From: Eubacteriales bacterium
Lineage (GTDB): Bacteria > Bacillota > Clostridia > Oscillospirales > CAG-272
Length of the DNA stretch: 29,635 nt
Reading direction: 5' to 3'
Assembly (NCBI GenBank): GCA_045647965.1
Contig: JAZRNC010000124.1
Location: 1 to 29,635 of the forward strand
Part shown: positions 8,394 through 17,771 of the stretch, piece after piece
How positions within the stretch are numbered: position 1 is the first letter of the stretch
Layout: each line of letters begins with the position of its first letter
The notes under the pieces: generated by a model
What the model was told of the DNA's origin: nothing
Database searches by the model: none
Seen by the model: only the letters and a program-made list of their open reading frames with translations
Made by a program: the position numbers and the translations under genes

Positions 8394-9836
8394 ATGCTGA
8401 AAATTTTATACGCGGCTTCCGAAGCATTGCCGTTCATCTCGACGGGTGGACTGGCGGACGTTATGGGCTCGCTGCCGGGTGCAGTGCGGGCAAACTACGA
8501 CGGAGAATGTGATGTCAGAGTCGTGATTCCGTTATATCCGGCAATTCGTGATAAATTCTCCGAAAGACTTGAACTTGTTACAGAAATTACGGTCCGTTTA
8601 TCTTGGCGAAACCAGTACTGTGGCATTTGGAAAATCGAAGAAAAAGGAGTTATCTACTATTTTATCGATAATCTGTATTATTTCGATCGCAAGATGGTAT
8701 ACGGCAACTACGACGACGGGGAAAGATTTGCCTTTTTCTCAAAATGTATTCTGGAATTGATGTCTACGGTAAACTTCTACCCGAATATTCTTCACGCGAA
8801 CGATTGGCAGACAGCGCTGGCTGTTATTTACCTGAAACGCAAATATTCTCATTTAAACGAATACCGTTCAATCTCGGCACTCTTTACGATTCATAATATT
8901 GAATATCAGGGCATATTTGATTTTAATATCCTTGGAGACGTTTTCGAGCTTCCCGAGTGGGATCGCAGCATCGTTGAGTATAACGGAAACATCAATCTCT
9001 TAAAAGGGGCAATCGCGTGTGCCGATATGATAAATACGGTCAGCTTGACGTATTCCCGGGAGATTTTGACTGAATACTATGCAAGCGGACTCCACTATAT
9101 TCTCAGAAATATCGAAGCGGAAGGAAAACTGACGGGTATTGTCAACGGCATTGATGTGGATTATTATAACCCCGAGAAAGATGACGATATTGCAGCCAAG
9201 TATTCTGCCGAAGATATGAGTGGAAAGGCGGAAAATAAGGCTGAACTGCAGAGAAATTGCGGCTTTGCCGAGGATCCGAATGTACCGATCATTGCGATGG
9301 TATCAAGACTTGCCTCCCACAAGGGATTTGATCTGGTACGCTGTGTTCTGGAAGAGATCATCTGCAAAAAGAACGTTCAGTTCGTGCTTCTTGGAACGGG
9401 AGAGGCGGCGCTCGAACAGTATTTCAAGGACCTCGAAGCACGCTATCCCGATCAAGTGTGTGTGAAGCTTGAGTACAACAAATCGCTCTCCAAGAAGATC
9501 TACGCAGGAGCGGATCTGTTCCTGATGCCGTCAAAGAGTGAACCGTGCGGTCTTTCCCAGATGATCGCATCGAGATACGGTACCGTGCCGATCGTCAGAG
9601 AGTGCGGCGGACTTGCGGATACGATCCATAATTTTAACGCGCACGAAGGAAGCGGCAACGGATTTACGTTCAAGAACTATAACGCCCACGAAATGATGGG
9701 AGTGATAGAATATGCAATTGATTTGTATAATAATCAGGAAAAATGGGCAGAATTATGCAAAAATGTCATAAATTATGATTTTTCCTGGGGTGTATCGGCA
9801 AAAAAATATATTGAAATTTATGAAAAAATGATGTAA
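8394..9836 (+). CDS. glgA: Glycogen synthase (GT5)
   Basis: TGGLADV, HANDWQT, TIHNIEYQG, SRL..HKG, PSKSEPCGLSQM. ATG 8394 preferred over TTG 8388 from RBS spacing. Confidence 0.96.
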   Translation: MLKILYAASEALPFISTGGLADVMGSLPGAVRANYDGECDVRVVIPLYPAIRDKFSERLELVTEITVRLSWRNQYCGIWKIEEKGVIYYFIDNLYYFDRKMVYGNYDDGERFAFFSKCILELMSTVNFYPNILHANDWQTALAVIYLKRKYSHLNEYRSISALFTIHNIEYQGIFDFNILGDVFELPEWDRSIVEYNGNINLLKGAIACADMINTVSLTYSREILTEYYASGLHYILRNIEAEGKLTGIVNGIDVDYYNPEKDDDIAAKYSAEDMSGKAENKAELQRNCGFAEDPNVPIIAMVSRLASHKGFDLVRCVLEEIICKKNVQFVLLGTGEAALEQYFKDLEARYPDQVCVKLEYNKSLSKKIYAGADLFLMPSKSEPCGLSQMIASRYGTVPIVRECGGLADTIHNFNAHEGSGNGFTFKNYNAHEMMGVIEYAIDLYNNQEKWAELCKNVINYDFSWGVSAKKYIEIYEKMM

Positions 9837-9839
9837 AAT
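9811..9839 (+). promoter_or_regulatory. Putative internal sigma-A promoter for glgP-GH13, overlapping the glgA stop
   Basis: TTGAAA (9811-9816), 17-nt spacer, TAAAAT (9834-9839), within a locally AT-rich stretch. Confidence 0.6.
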
Positions 9840-9899
9840 ATATGTTGTAAAAATGACATCGAAAAATGTCGTATATTTTTATAACATGGGATAAAACGG

Positions 9900-9935
9900 G
9901 CGGCGCAGTTTTGAATTATGTCAAGACTGCGCTGC
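9900..9935 (+). other. Stable stem-loop in the glgP leader (no U-tract)
   Basis: GCGGCGCAGTTTTGA-ATTATG-TCAAGACTGCGCTGC: 15-bp stem with two G-U pairs and a 6-nt loop. Confidence 0.7.
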
Positions 9936-9962
9936 GCGGGTAAATCGGAAGGGCAAACAAGT

Positions 9963-12392
9963 ATGGAAAATAATCAAAAGATCAGTCATTCGTCCGTCAG
10001 AGAGAATATCGAAGCAAAGCTGACGAGATATTTTGGGGTGAACCTTGACGAAGCGACAGAGGAACAGGTATATAAAGCCACGGTACTCACGGTTAAAGAT
10101 ATTCTGTCGACAAAGCGTGCGGATTACCGTGAAAAAATTAAGAAGCAGCGTCCGAAAAGGGTGTACTATCTTTGCATGGAGTTTCTTGTCGGCAGACAGT
10201 TGAAAAATAATCTGATGAATCTCGGAATCGAGAACGAGTACCGAGAAGTGCTTAGCGATATGGGATACGATATCGAGCGTATTTATGAAGCGGAACCCGA
10301 TCCGGGACTTGGAAACGGGGGACTTGGCAGACTTGCCGCTTGTTTTCTCGATTCACTGACCTCACTTGATTATGCCGCTACCGGTTTTTCCATTTGTTAT
10401 GAATACGGTCTGTTTAAACAGCGCATTATTGACGGAAACCAGATCGAACTTCCCGACAACTGGATGGGTGGGGGAAGTATGTGGCTCGTACCGCGTACGG
10501 ATAAGGCGTGCGACGTGCGGCTTGGCGGCTTGGTCAATGAGAAATGGGAAAACGGAAAATGCAGTATCGTATACGATAACTATGAGGAAGTGCGCGCGGT
10601 TCCGTATGATATGATGATATCGGGCGCAGATTCCAAAGCAGTTAACGTGCTCCGCCTTTGGAAAGCCGTGGATACTACGAATTTCAATATGAATCTTTTC
10701 TCGCAGGGACAGTACGTAAGAGCAATTCAGGAATCCTCAAGTGCGGAAATTATTTCTAAGGTTTTGTATCCGTCGGACGATCACGAAGAAGGAAAACTTC
10801 TTCGCCTGACACAGCAGTATTTCCTTGTGTCCGCATCTCTGCAGAGTATCATTTCCGACCACCTCGCGGCGTTTGGAACTCTTTACAATTTTGCGGATAA
10901 GGTTGCCATCCACATCAACGATACGCACCCCGCGCTCGTTGTTCCGGAGCTTATGCGTATCCTTATGGATGTGTATTCGTATTCGTGGGATGCTGCGTGG
11001 AGTGTCGTGACTCGCGTGGTTTCCTATACCAACCATACGGTACTTCCGGAAGCGCTTGAAAAATGGAACGTGTATCTGTTCAAAATGAAACTTCCCCGCA
11101 TTTATACGATCGTTGAGGAGATCAACCGCAGACTTTGCGCGGATCTTTGGAATATGTACCCGGGTGACTGGGACAGAATCTCCAATATGGCGATTATCGG
11201 CTACTCTCAGGTTCGTATGGCAAACCTCAGTGTTGCCGCTTCTCATACGGTAAACGGGGTGTCTGCGCTTCATTCGGACATTCTGACGAAAACCGTATTC
11301 CACGATTATTACAAAGCGATGCCGTATAAGTTTACGAACGTCACGAACGGTATTGCAATGAGACGTTGGCTGTGTTATTCCAACCCGGGACTGACATCAC
11401 TTCTTGATGAAACGATCGGCACAGATTATCGCAAGAATTTCGAACTTCTTCACAATTTTGGAAAATACGCCGAGGATAGTGCCGTAACAAGCCGTCTCCG
11501 CGCGATTAAAACAGAAAACAAACTCTCATTTTCTAAATATTATTTCAATAAAACGGGTATTGCGCTTGACGTAAATTCCGTATTTGACGTGCAGGTTAAG
11601 CGTATGCACGAGTACAAGCGTCAGCTTCTCAACGTGCTGAAAATCATTACCCTCTACAATGAAATCAAAGAAAATCCGAATAAAGAATATACACCGTCCA
11701 CCTTTATTTTCGGCGGAAAAGCCGCTCCGGGATATTATATGGCAAAGGATATTATTCGCTTGATTTGGAGTCTCGGCGAAGAAATAGCAAAAGATCCGAA
11801 GGTGAAGGACATTTTACGCGTAGTTTACCTGGAAGACTATAACGTAAGTACCGCCGAACAGCTTATGCCGGCTACCGATATCAGCGAGCAGATTTCTCTC
11901 GCGGGTAAAGAAGCAAGCGGTACGGGATGTATGAAGTTTATGGTCAATGGCGCTCTGACGCTCGGCACACTGGATGGCGCGAATGTGGAAATGCGCGAAG
12001 CGGTGGGGGATGATAACATCTACATCTTCGGTCTTAAATCCGAAGAAGTGGATGAACTCTGGAAGAGCGGCTATTCGTCCATCAAATACTATAATGGAAA
12101 TGCCAGACTGAAAAATACCATTGACCGCTTGAACGGAACGTTTGCCGGAAACTCTTTTGAGGGAATGTACCACTATTTCTTGTACAGCCACGGTGTTGCG
12201 GATCCGTATATGTGTCTTGCGGACTTTGACTCTTATATAAACACGTATGAAAAAATGATTCATGCCTACCACGATACGGAGACATGGACGAAGAAATCTC
12301 TCGCGAATATCGCGGAAGCGGGCTTCTTCTCGTCCGACAGAAGCATCAAAGAATATGCCGATAATATCTGGCATACGAACCCGATCAAATGA
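9963..12392 (+). CDS. glgP: Glycogen/maltodextrin phosphorylase (GT35)
   Basis: GLGNGGLGRLAAC, YEYGLF, INDTHP, SYTNHT, KRMHEYKRQLLN, PLP-lysine motif EASGTGCMKF. Start at 9963 preferred (9918 lies in the leader hairpin loop). Confidence 0.96.
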   Translation: MENNQKISHSSVRENIEAKLTRYFGVNLDEATEEQVYKATVLTVKDILSTKRADYREKIKKQRPKRVYYLCMEFLVGRQLKNNLMNLGIENEYREVLSDMGYDIERIYEAEPDPGLGNGGLGRLAACFLDSLTSLDYAATGFSICYEYGLFKQRIIDGNQIELPDNWMGGGSMWLVPRTDKACDVRLGGLVNEKWENGKCSIVYDNYEEVRAVPYDMMISGADSKAVNVLRLWKAVDTTNFNMNLFSQGQYVRAIQESSSAEIISKVLYPSDDHEEGKLLRLTQQYFLVSASLQSIISDHLAAFGTLYNFADKVAIHINDTHPALVVPELMRILMDVYSYSWDAAWSVVTRVVSYTNHTVLPEALEKWNVYLFKMKLPRIYTIVEEINRRLCADLWNMYPGDWDRISNMAIIGYSQVRMANLSVAASHTVNGVSALHSDILTKTVFHDYYKAMPYKFTNVTNGIAMRRWLCYSNPGLTSLLDETIGTDYRKNFELLHNFGKYAEDSAVTSRLRAIKTENKLSFSKYYFNKTGIALDVNSVFDVQVKRMHEYKRQLLNVLKIITLYNEIKENPNKEYTPSTFIFGGKAAPGYYMAKDIIRLIWSLGEEIAKDPKVKDILRVVYLEDYNVSTAEQLMPATDISEQISLAGKEASGTGCMKFMVNGALTLGTLDGANVEMREAVGDDNIYIFGLKSEEVDELWKSGYSSIKYYNGNARLKNTIDRLNGTFAGNSFEGMYHYFLYSHGVADPYMCLADFDSYINTYEKMIHAYHDTETWTKKSLANIAEAGFFSSDRSIKEYADNIWHTNPIK

Positions 12393-14317
12393 AACACGAC
12401 TTTGAGGAATTAAAATACGGGGTGAACTCCGGTCGGGACGTTTCGCTGTTTGGCGCGTTTGACAATCGGGAAACGATCCGTTTTAACGTGCGAATCGATG
12501 AAACGATTGCCGCGGAGAGAGTCTGTATGGTGATCCACGCGGACGGATGGAACAGTGGAGAAACAGAAATTTCACGGATTCCGTTTGCGAAAATAAGCCG
12601 CGGGGAATTCGAGTGGGAACTTTCGCTTTCGGCACTGTCGAAAAAATACGGCCGTGAGACGGGACTCTACTATTATCACTATGAAGTCGTAGGGGCAGAG
12701 GGAACGGTATATCTTGGAGGAGAATTGCCAACGGAACTCACTGTGATTCCCGAATGGGTGGGTGAACGTCAACTTTTGGTTTACGATCACTCGTTTCATA
12801 CCTCCGCCTCCTTCCGCCGCGGGGCAATGTATCACATTTTTGTCGACCGATTCTTCCGGAGTGGCCGCTCACCAAAGAAGGATGGTGCCATTCTGAATAC
12901 AGACTGGGACAACGGTATTCCGCAATACGGGGAATATCCCGGTGCAGAGGTGGAGAATAACGTGTTCTTCGGTGGGGATCTATATGGGATCACTGAAAAA
13001 CTCGAGTATATCGCATCTCTTGGAGTAACGACAATCTATCTTTCACCGATTTTTGACGCCTATTCCAACCACAAATACGATACGGCGGACTATCTCTCGG
13101 TGGATTCGATGTTTGGCGGGGACGATGCACTGAAAGAACTCTGTGACACGGCAAAGCAGTACGAAATTGACGTGATTCTTGACGGCGTGTTCAACCATAC
13201 AGGCGCTGACAGTGTATATTTTAATAAATTTGGGAAATATGCAGAGCTTGGTGCATACCAATCGCCAAGTTCTCCGTATTACCAATGGTATTCCTTCAAC
13301 AATTACCCGGATGACTACGAATGTTGGTGGGGGGTAAAGATCCTGCCGCACGTTGATAGCGCAAATGAAGATTTTTGTCGCTTTATTTGCAGCGAAGTGG
13401 TTCCGAAATGGATGGATATGGGAGTGGCAGGCTGGAGAATTGACGTTGCCGACGAACTTTCAAATGTTTTCCTCGACCGATTCCGTTCTGCCGTCAAAGA
13501 GAAAAATTCGGACGGCGTAATCATCGGGGAAGTTTGGGAAGACGCGACGGATAAAGTCAGTTACGGAAAGAGACGGCGCTATTTTGAAGGTGCCCAGCTT
13601 GATTCTGTGATGAATTATCCGCTTAGAGAAGCCATCATCCAATACATCCGATACGGGGATTCAGAACAGTTTCGGCGATTCACAGAGGGAACGTATCGGC
13701 GTTACCCGAAAGATGTGTCGGACAATCTGATGAATTTTCTCGGAAGTCACGACACAGAGCGTATCGTAACTCTTCTTGGCGGAATGTCGCCCGAGGGAAA
13801 AACGAACGACGAGCTATCTGTTCTGCGAATGACGGACGGGGAATATGAAAAGGCCATTTCCAAGTTGAAGCTTGCCTATTCGATTCTTGCGGGACTTCCG
13901 GGCGTGCCGTGTATTTATTACGGGGACGAAGTGGGACTGCAAGGATACCACGACCCGTTTTGCCGTATGCCGTTTCCTTGGAAGAATATTCGCGCGGACG
14001 TTCTGGCGCACTATCAAAAAATCGGTGCGATTCGAAAGCAGCACGAGGTTTTTCGTGACGGATTGTTTCGCTTGATTTCTGTGACCTCCTCCCACATCGT
14101 GTATGTTCGAGAGCCGATGAATGGGATGGGAGATGCGATTCTGGTGGCGGCTTGTCGAGAGGGAGAGTTGAGCCTTCGTTTGCCGTTCGGGTGTCGTATG
14201 CTGAACGGAAAAGGGATGGGATGGACGGAGAGCGTAACGATTGGTGAAAACGAAGCGTCGTATTTCGCTATTCCATCTACCACGAAGATCAGTGCACAGT
14301 TTCTCGGAATATTTTAA
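12389..14317 (+). CDS. GH13 amylopullulanase/neopullulanase-like glycoside hydrolase
   Basis: MYHIFVDRF, GGDLYGI, SNHKYDT, LDGVFNH, catalytic GWRIDVADEL / GEVWEDA / FLGSHDTER, IYYGDE. ATGA overlap with the glgP stop. Confidence 0.92.
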   Translation: MKHDFEELKYGVNSGRDVSLFGAFDNRETIRFNVRIDETIAAERVCMVIHADGWNSGETEISRIPFAKISRGEFEWELSLSALSKKYGRETGLYYYHYEVVGAEGTVYLGGELPTELTVIPEWVGERQLLVYDHSFHTSASFRRGAMYHIFVDRFFRSGRSPKKDGAILNTDWDNGIPQYGEYPGAEVENNVFFGGDLYGITEKLEYIASLGVTTIYLSPIFDAYSNHKYDTADYLSVDSMFGGDDALKELCDTAKQYEIDVILDGVFNHTGADSVYFNKFGKYAELGAYQSPSSPYYQWYSFNNYPDDYECWWGVKILPHVDSANEDFCRFICSEVVPKWMDMGVAGWRIDVADELSNVFLDRFRSAVKEKNSDGVIIGEVWEDATDKVSYGKRRRYFEGAQLDSVMNYPLREAIIQYIRYGDSEQFRRFTEGTYRRYPKDVSDNLMNFLGSHDTERIVTLLGGMSPEGKTNDELSVLRMTDGEYEKAISKLKLAYSILAGLPGVPCIYYGDEVGLQGYHDPFCRMPFPWKNIRADVLAHYQKIGAIRKQHEVFRDGLFRLISVTSSHIVYVREPMNGMGDAILVAACREGELSLRLPFGCRMLNGKGMGWTESVTIGENEASYFAIPSTTKISAQFLGIF

Positions 14318-14320
14318 AAT

Positions 14321-14350
14321 AAAAAAGGCTGAGTGATTTTCAGCCTTTTT
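14321..14350. terminator. Bidirectional Rho-independent terminator between convergent operons
   Basis: AAAAAAGGCTGA-GTGATT-TTCAGCCTTTTT: inverted repeat with A/T runs on both sides, between the GH13 and glycerate kinase stops. Confidence 0.9.
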
Positions 14351-14365
14351 ATGTTTTAGCCAGAC

Positions 14366-15490
14366 TTATAGGATTCCCGCAAGATCGTACGCTGTTTTTT
14401 CGAGAAGTTCTTCCGTTCGCGCGATGGACTCAGATAACGTCATCGGGCGGTCGGCGATGGAAAGGATGGCGCTCATACCACCTTCGTATAATGCATCGGT
14501 CGGCTCAGAGGTACCACACAAACAGATCACAGTTTTTTCCATCGCGTGTTTGGCTACGGTAGCGGCGAGTTTTCCCGTTGCTGTTTGCGCATCTGTTTTA
14601 CCCTCGCCGGTAATGATACAGTCAGCGGTTCTGGCGGCGGAATCAAATCCGATCAGTGAGAGCACTTTCTCAGCACCGTGGGTGAGTTCTCCGCCAATCA
14701 GCGATAGCCCATAACCGAGGCCTCCGGCAGCACCGGCACCGGAGAGAGTTGAGATTTCCCGGCGAACAGCAGTATTGCATACGGCGGCAAAATGAATCAT
14801 GGCATCCTCAAGAAGGAGACGTGTGTGATCGTCGGCTCCCTTTTGTTTCGAAAACATCATGGACGCCCCGTTTTCTCCCGTTAATGCCACCGCTGCGTCG
14901 TATAGCAAAGAGAGATGTACGTTCTTCATCCGCGCGAGTGCTGGGAAGAGATCGCACGAGACAACATTGGAGAGGGAAGATGTTGTGGGATGATGGAGGA
15001 CGTCTCCGTTTTTGTCACGGAAAACGGCTCCCATCGCGGAGAGCGCACCAATTCCGCCGTCGTTCGTACCACTGCCGCCAAGTCCGACGAGGATATGGCG
15101 ATATCCTTTTTGAATGAGACGATCGAGAAGCTGCCCCACGCCGAATGTCGACGAGTGCATAATATCATATCCGTGCTTTGCCGCAAAACCGATTCCCGCG
15201 GCACTTGCCATATCAAAAACGGCAAGCGTTTCACCGCCGAGCGAGATTTCTCCATATACGGCGCAAACGGGATCTCCATGTGTATCTTCCACGACTTCGG
15301 TGAACGTTTTCGACGGACAACAATGAATCAGGGCGTCTGCTGTTCCCTCACCGCCGTCACCAACGGAAAACACAGTAACGTCGGCATTCGGATTTCTTTT
15401 GAGAATGCCGCGCCGTACGGCTTCTCCGGCAGTTTTTGACGAAATGGCTCCTTTGAAGGAATCCATAGCAATGACAAAATTATTTTTCAT
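14366..15490 (-). CDS. glxK: Glycerate kinase (GlxK/GarK family)
   Basis: DSFKG, DGGEGT, GLGGSGTNDGG, GAGAAGGLG, TGEGKTDAQT..GK. Confidence 0.93.
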   Translation of the reverse strand: MKNNFVIAMDSFKGAISSKTAGEAVRRGILKRNPNADVTVFSVGDGGEGTADALIHCCPSKTFTEVVEDTHGDPVCAVYGEISLGGETLAVFDMASAAGIGFAAKHGYDIMHSSTFGVGQLLDRLIQKGYRHILVGLGGSGTNDGGIGALSAMGAVFRDKNGDVLHHPTTSSLSNVVSCDLFPALARMKNVHLSLLYDAAVALTGENGASMMFSKQKGADDHTRLLLEDAMIHFAAVCNTAVRREISTLSGAGAAGGLGYGLSLIGGELTHGAEKVLSLIGFDSAARTADCIITGEGKTDAQTATGKLAATVAKHAMEKTVICLCGTSEPTDALYEGGMSAILSIADRPMTLSESIARTEELLEKTAYDLAGIL

Positions 15491-15896
15491 CTTTGTTGTA
15501 ATGGCAGGGAGATCGGTAGAATTTTTTCAAATCGATCGACCATGTGCCGTCTGTGTTTTTGAATCCGAGTGATTTTATAAAATCGGTGGGGGCCGCAGAA
15601 TCCGCAGCGTAGATGATCGGAACTTCCGCACGGTAGCAGTAATTCATCACGGTGCGCACCATAATAAATACAGCCTCGTCCGTATAATCGTTCCCCGGCG
15701 CGGCGATAGACATAATTGTCGCTTGATCGGGAGAAAATTCAAATTGACACATACCGATCAGTGCTGTGATTTCGGATCCGTCATCATTCGTTTCCCCGGC
15801 AAAAAAAGCGTATGTGTTTTCATAATAGGGTACGTCGAGCAGTTTGGCGATGTCGGCTTGCAGTTCGCGGGAACGTACGGGTTGTACTTTAAACAT
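15480..15896 (-). CDS. Hypothetical protein, possibly a degenerate GNAT fold
   Basis: RBS GAGG overlaps the rluB stop, and the ORF overlaps the glxK start by 11 nt. Pattern LIGMCQF...FIKSLGF is weakly GNAT-like. Confidence 0.7.
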   Translation of the reverse strand: MFKVQPVRSRELQADIAKLLDVPYYENTYAFFAGETNDDGSEITALIGMCQFEFSPDQATIMSIAAPGNDYTDEAVFIMVRTVMNYCYRAEVPIIYAADSAAPTDFIKSLGFKNTDGTWSIDLKKFYRSPCHYNKDEK

Positions 15897-15903
15897 AATT
15901 ACC

Positions 15904-16641
15904 TCATATTGTTTTTAGATATTCGATTTCGTCTTCGGTCAGATACCGCCATTTACCGACGGGAAGGTCAGAAAGAGTCAGTTCCCCAATACGAATTCGG
16001 GTGAGTTTTGAGAGTTTGTAGCCATAATGGGCGCAAATTTTTCGAATTTCACGGTTTCTTCCCTCGTAAAGTGTGAACGAGATCACCGTAGACGGTGCCG
16101 CGGAAGAACGCGTATATTTGACAAATGCCACGTCATATGGTTTCAGCATATACCCGTCAATTTCAAACGGAACGGCAAGTTTTCGGATGTCGTCCTCGCT
16201 AAGATGGGAAGTGATCGTGGCGAGATACTGCTTGGAGATATGGTGTGAGGGGTGCGTGATGCGGTTGGTCAGTTCTCCGTCATCCGTACAGAGGAGGAGA
16301 CCGTCGGAATACATATCGAGTCTACCGACGGGATAGAGACGTTTTCCGGCGTCAGAAATGAGCTCAGCAACGGTTTTTCTTCCTTTTTCGTCTGAAAGCG
16401 TGGTTACATAGCCGGACGGCTTGTTGAGAAGAATATATGTATGACGGCGTTTCCCACCGTCATTTTTTTCAAGAACCGTACCGTTAACCTCGACCGTATC
16501 GTTTTCCGGATCCACTTTATCTCCGAGAGAGGCTATGACCCCGTTTACACGGACATTACCGGCGATAATTTCCGCTTCTGCCGCGCGCCGGGAGAGGATC
16601 CCACATTCGCTTATATATTTTTGCAGTCTGATTTTTTCCAT
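15904..16641 (-). CDS. rluB: Ribosomal large-subunit pseudouridine synthase B (RsuA/RluB family)
   Basis: S4 domain RLQKYISECGILSRRAAE, LLNKPSGYVTT, catalytic GRLD, EGRNREIRK. Confidence 0.93.
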   Translation of the reverse strand: MEKIRLQKYISECGILSRRAAEAEIIAGNVRVNGVIASLGDKVDPENDTVEVNGTVLEKNDGGKRRHTYILLNKPSGYVTTLSDEKGRKTVAELISDAGKRLYPVGRLDMYSDGLLLCTDDGELTNRITHPSHHISKQYLATITSHLSEDDIRKLAVPFEIDGYMLKPYDVAFVKYTRSSAAPSTVISFTLYEGRNREIRKICAHYGYKLSKLTRIRIGELTLSDLPVGKWRYLTEDEIEYLKTI

Positions 16642-16652
16642 GTTTTATTGAT

Positions 16653-17771
16653 TTACTTAAAAATTTCTGTAATTTTCTCTTTGAAAGTTTTGGCTTTTAC
16701 TTCCGCTACGTCGGTTTCCGAGTACAGTGGAATTTCGCGTATCGCGTTTCCGTTGTGATAGAATACTACTTTTCCGACAACATCCCCGCGAGAAATCGGA
16801 GGGAACAACACGCGATTTGCTTCGATTACCGATGTGATTTCGGCATTGTTTTTTAAACAAACGGTTACTTCGTCAGAGTTTGAGGCGATAATACTTCCAT
16901 CCGGAGCACCAACGCAGGAAAGGGAGATTTGAAATTGTCCCGGAACGGCAAGCGTATAGGAGCGATATTCGCCGAATCCCAGCTCGTGCAGTAAGAGATG
17001 ATCGTTCCAATCGTCCGGCGCGTTCAGTGTAACCGCAATCACCCGAACACCATCCCGTTCAGCGGCAGAGACAAGACAGCGACCACTTCGCTTGGTAAAT
17101 CCGGTTTTGACACCGATGACATCGTCAGAGAGGCGCAGCAGTTTGTTGTGATTCACAAGAGTACGCACACCCTCATCCCCACGGAGAGGAATTTGGTGGG
17201 TTTTTGTGGCGGCGATAGTACGGAACGTATCGTTCTGTAGGGCATAAGCCGTCAGTTTGGCAAGGTCTGCGGCTGTTGTGTAGTGCTCTTCATTGTCGAG
17301 ACCGTGTGGGTTGGTAAAATGCGAATGGTTCAGCCCGATCTTGTCAGCCGTTTCGTTCATCAGATTCGCGAATTCATCGATTCCGCCGGATACATCGTAC
17401 GCAATAGCAGCCGCCGCATCGTTGGCACTTTCGAGCATCACCGCGTAGAGCAGCTGCTCCATCGTCAGCGTTTCACCGGGAGACAAATATATACTTGAGC
17501 CTTCAACTCCGCAGGCTTTTTCGTTTACGATAACGTTTTTTTGAAAATCGGCGTGTTCAAGCGCGCAAATAGCCGTCATAATTTTTGTGGTACTTGCCAT
17601 AGGAAGAGGCGTTTCTGCATTCTTTGCGAATAAAATTTCCCCGCTTTCCGCTTCTATTAAGATGGCGGCGTGGGCGGAAACGGATGCGGAAACAGCCATG
17701 ATGGGCAAAATGCTTGTCCCGATAATCATGGCTGAAAGTACCGATATAAAAGCATACTTAAAAAACTTCAT
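16653..17771 (-). CDS. D-alanyl-D-alanine carboxypeptidase (S11; DacB/DacF-like), secreted
   Basis: Signal peptide; active-site SxxK (ASTTK), SxN (ESAN), KTG (VKTGFT). ATG 17771 follows GGAG. Confidence 0.93.
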   Translation of the reverse strand: MKFFKYAFISVLSAMIIGTSILPIMAVSASVSAHAAILIEAESGEILFAKNAETPLPMASTTKIMTAICALEHADFQKNVIVNEKACGVEGSSIYLSPGETLTMEQLLYAVMLESANDAAAAIAYDVSGGIDEFANLMNETADKIGLNHSHFTNPHGLDNEEHYTTAADLAKLTAYALQNDTFRTIAATKTHQIPLRGDEGVRTLVNHNKLLRLSDDVIGVKTGFTKRSGRCLVSAAERDGVRVIAVTLNAPDDWNDHLLLHELGFGEYRSYTLAVPGQFQISLSCVGAPDGSIIASNSDEVTVCLKNNAEITSVIEANRVLFPPISRGDVVGKVVFYHNGNAIREIPLYSETDVAEVKAKTFKEKITEIFK

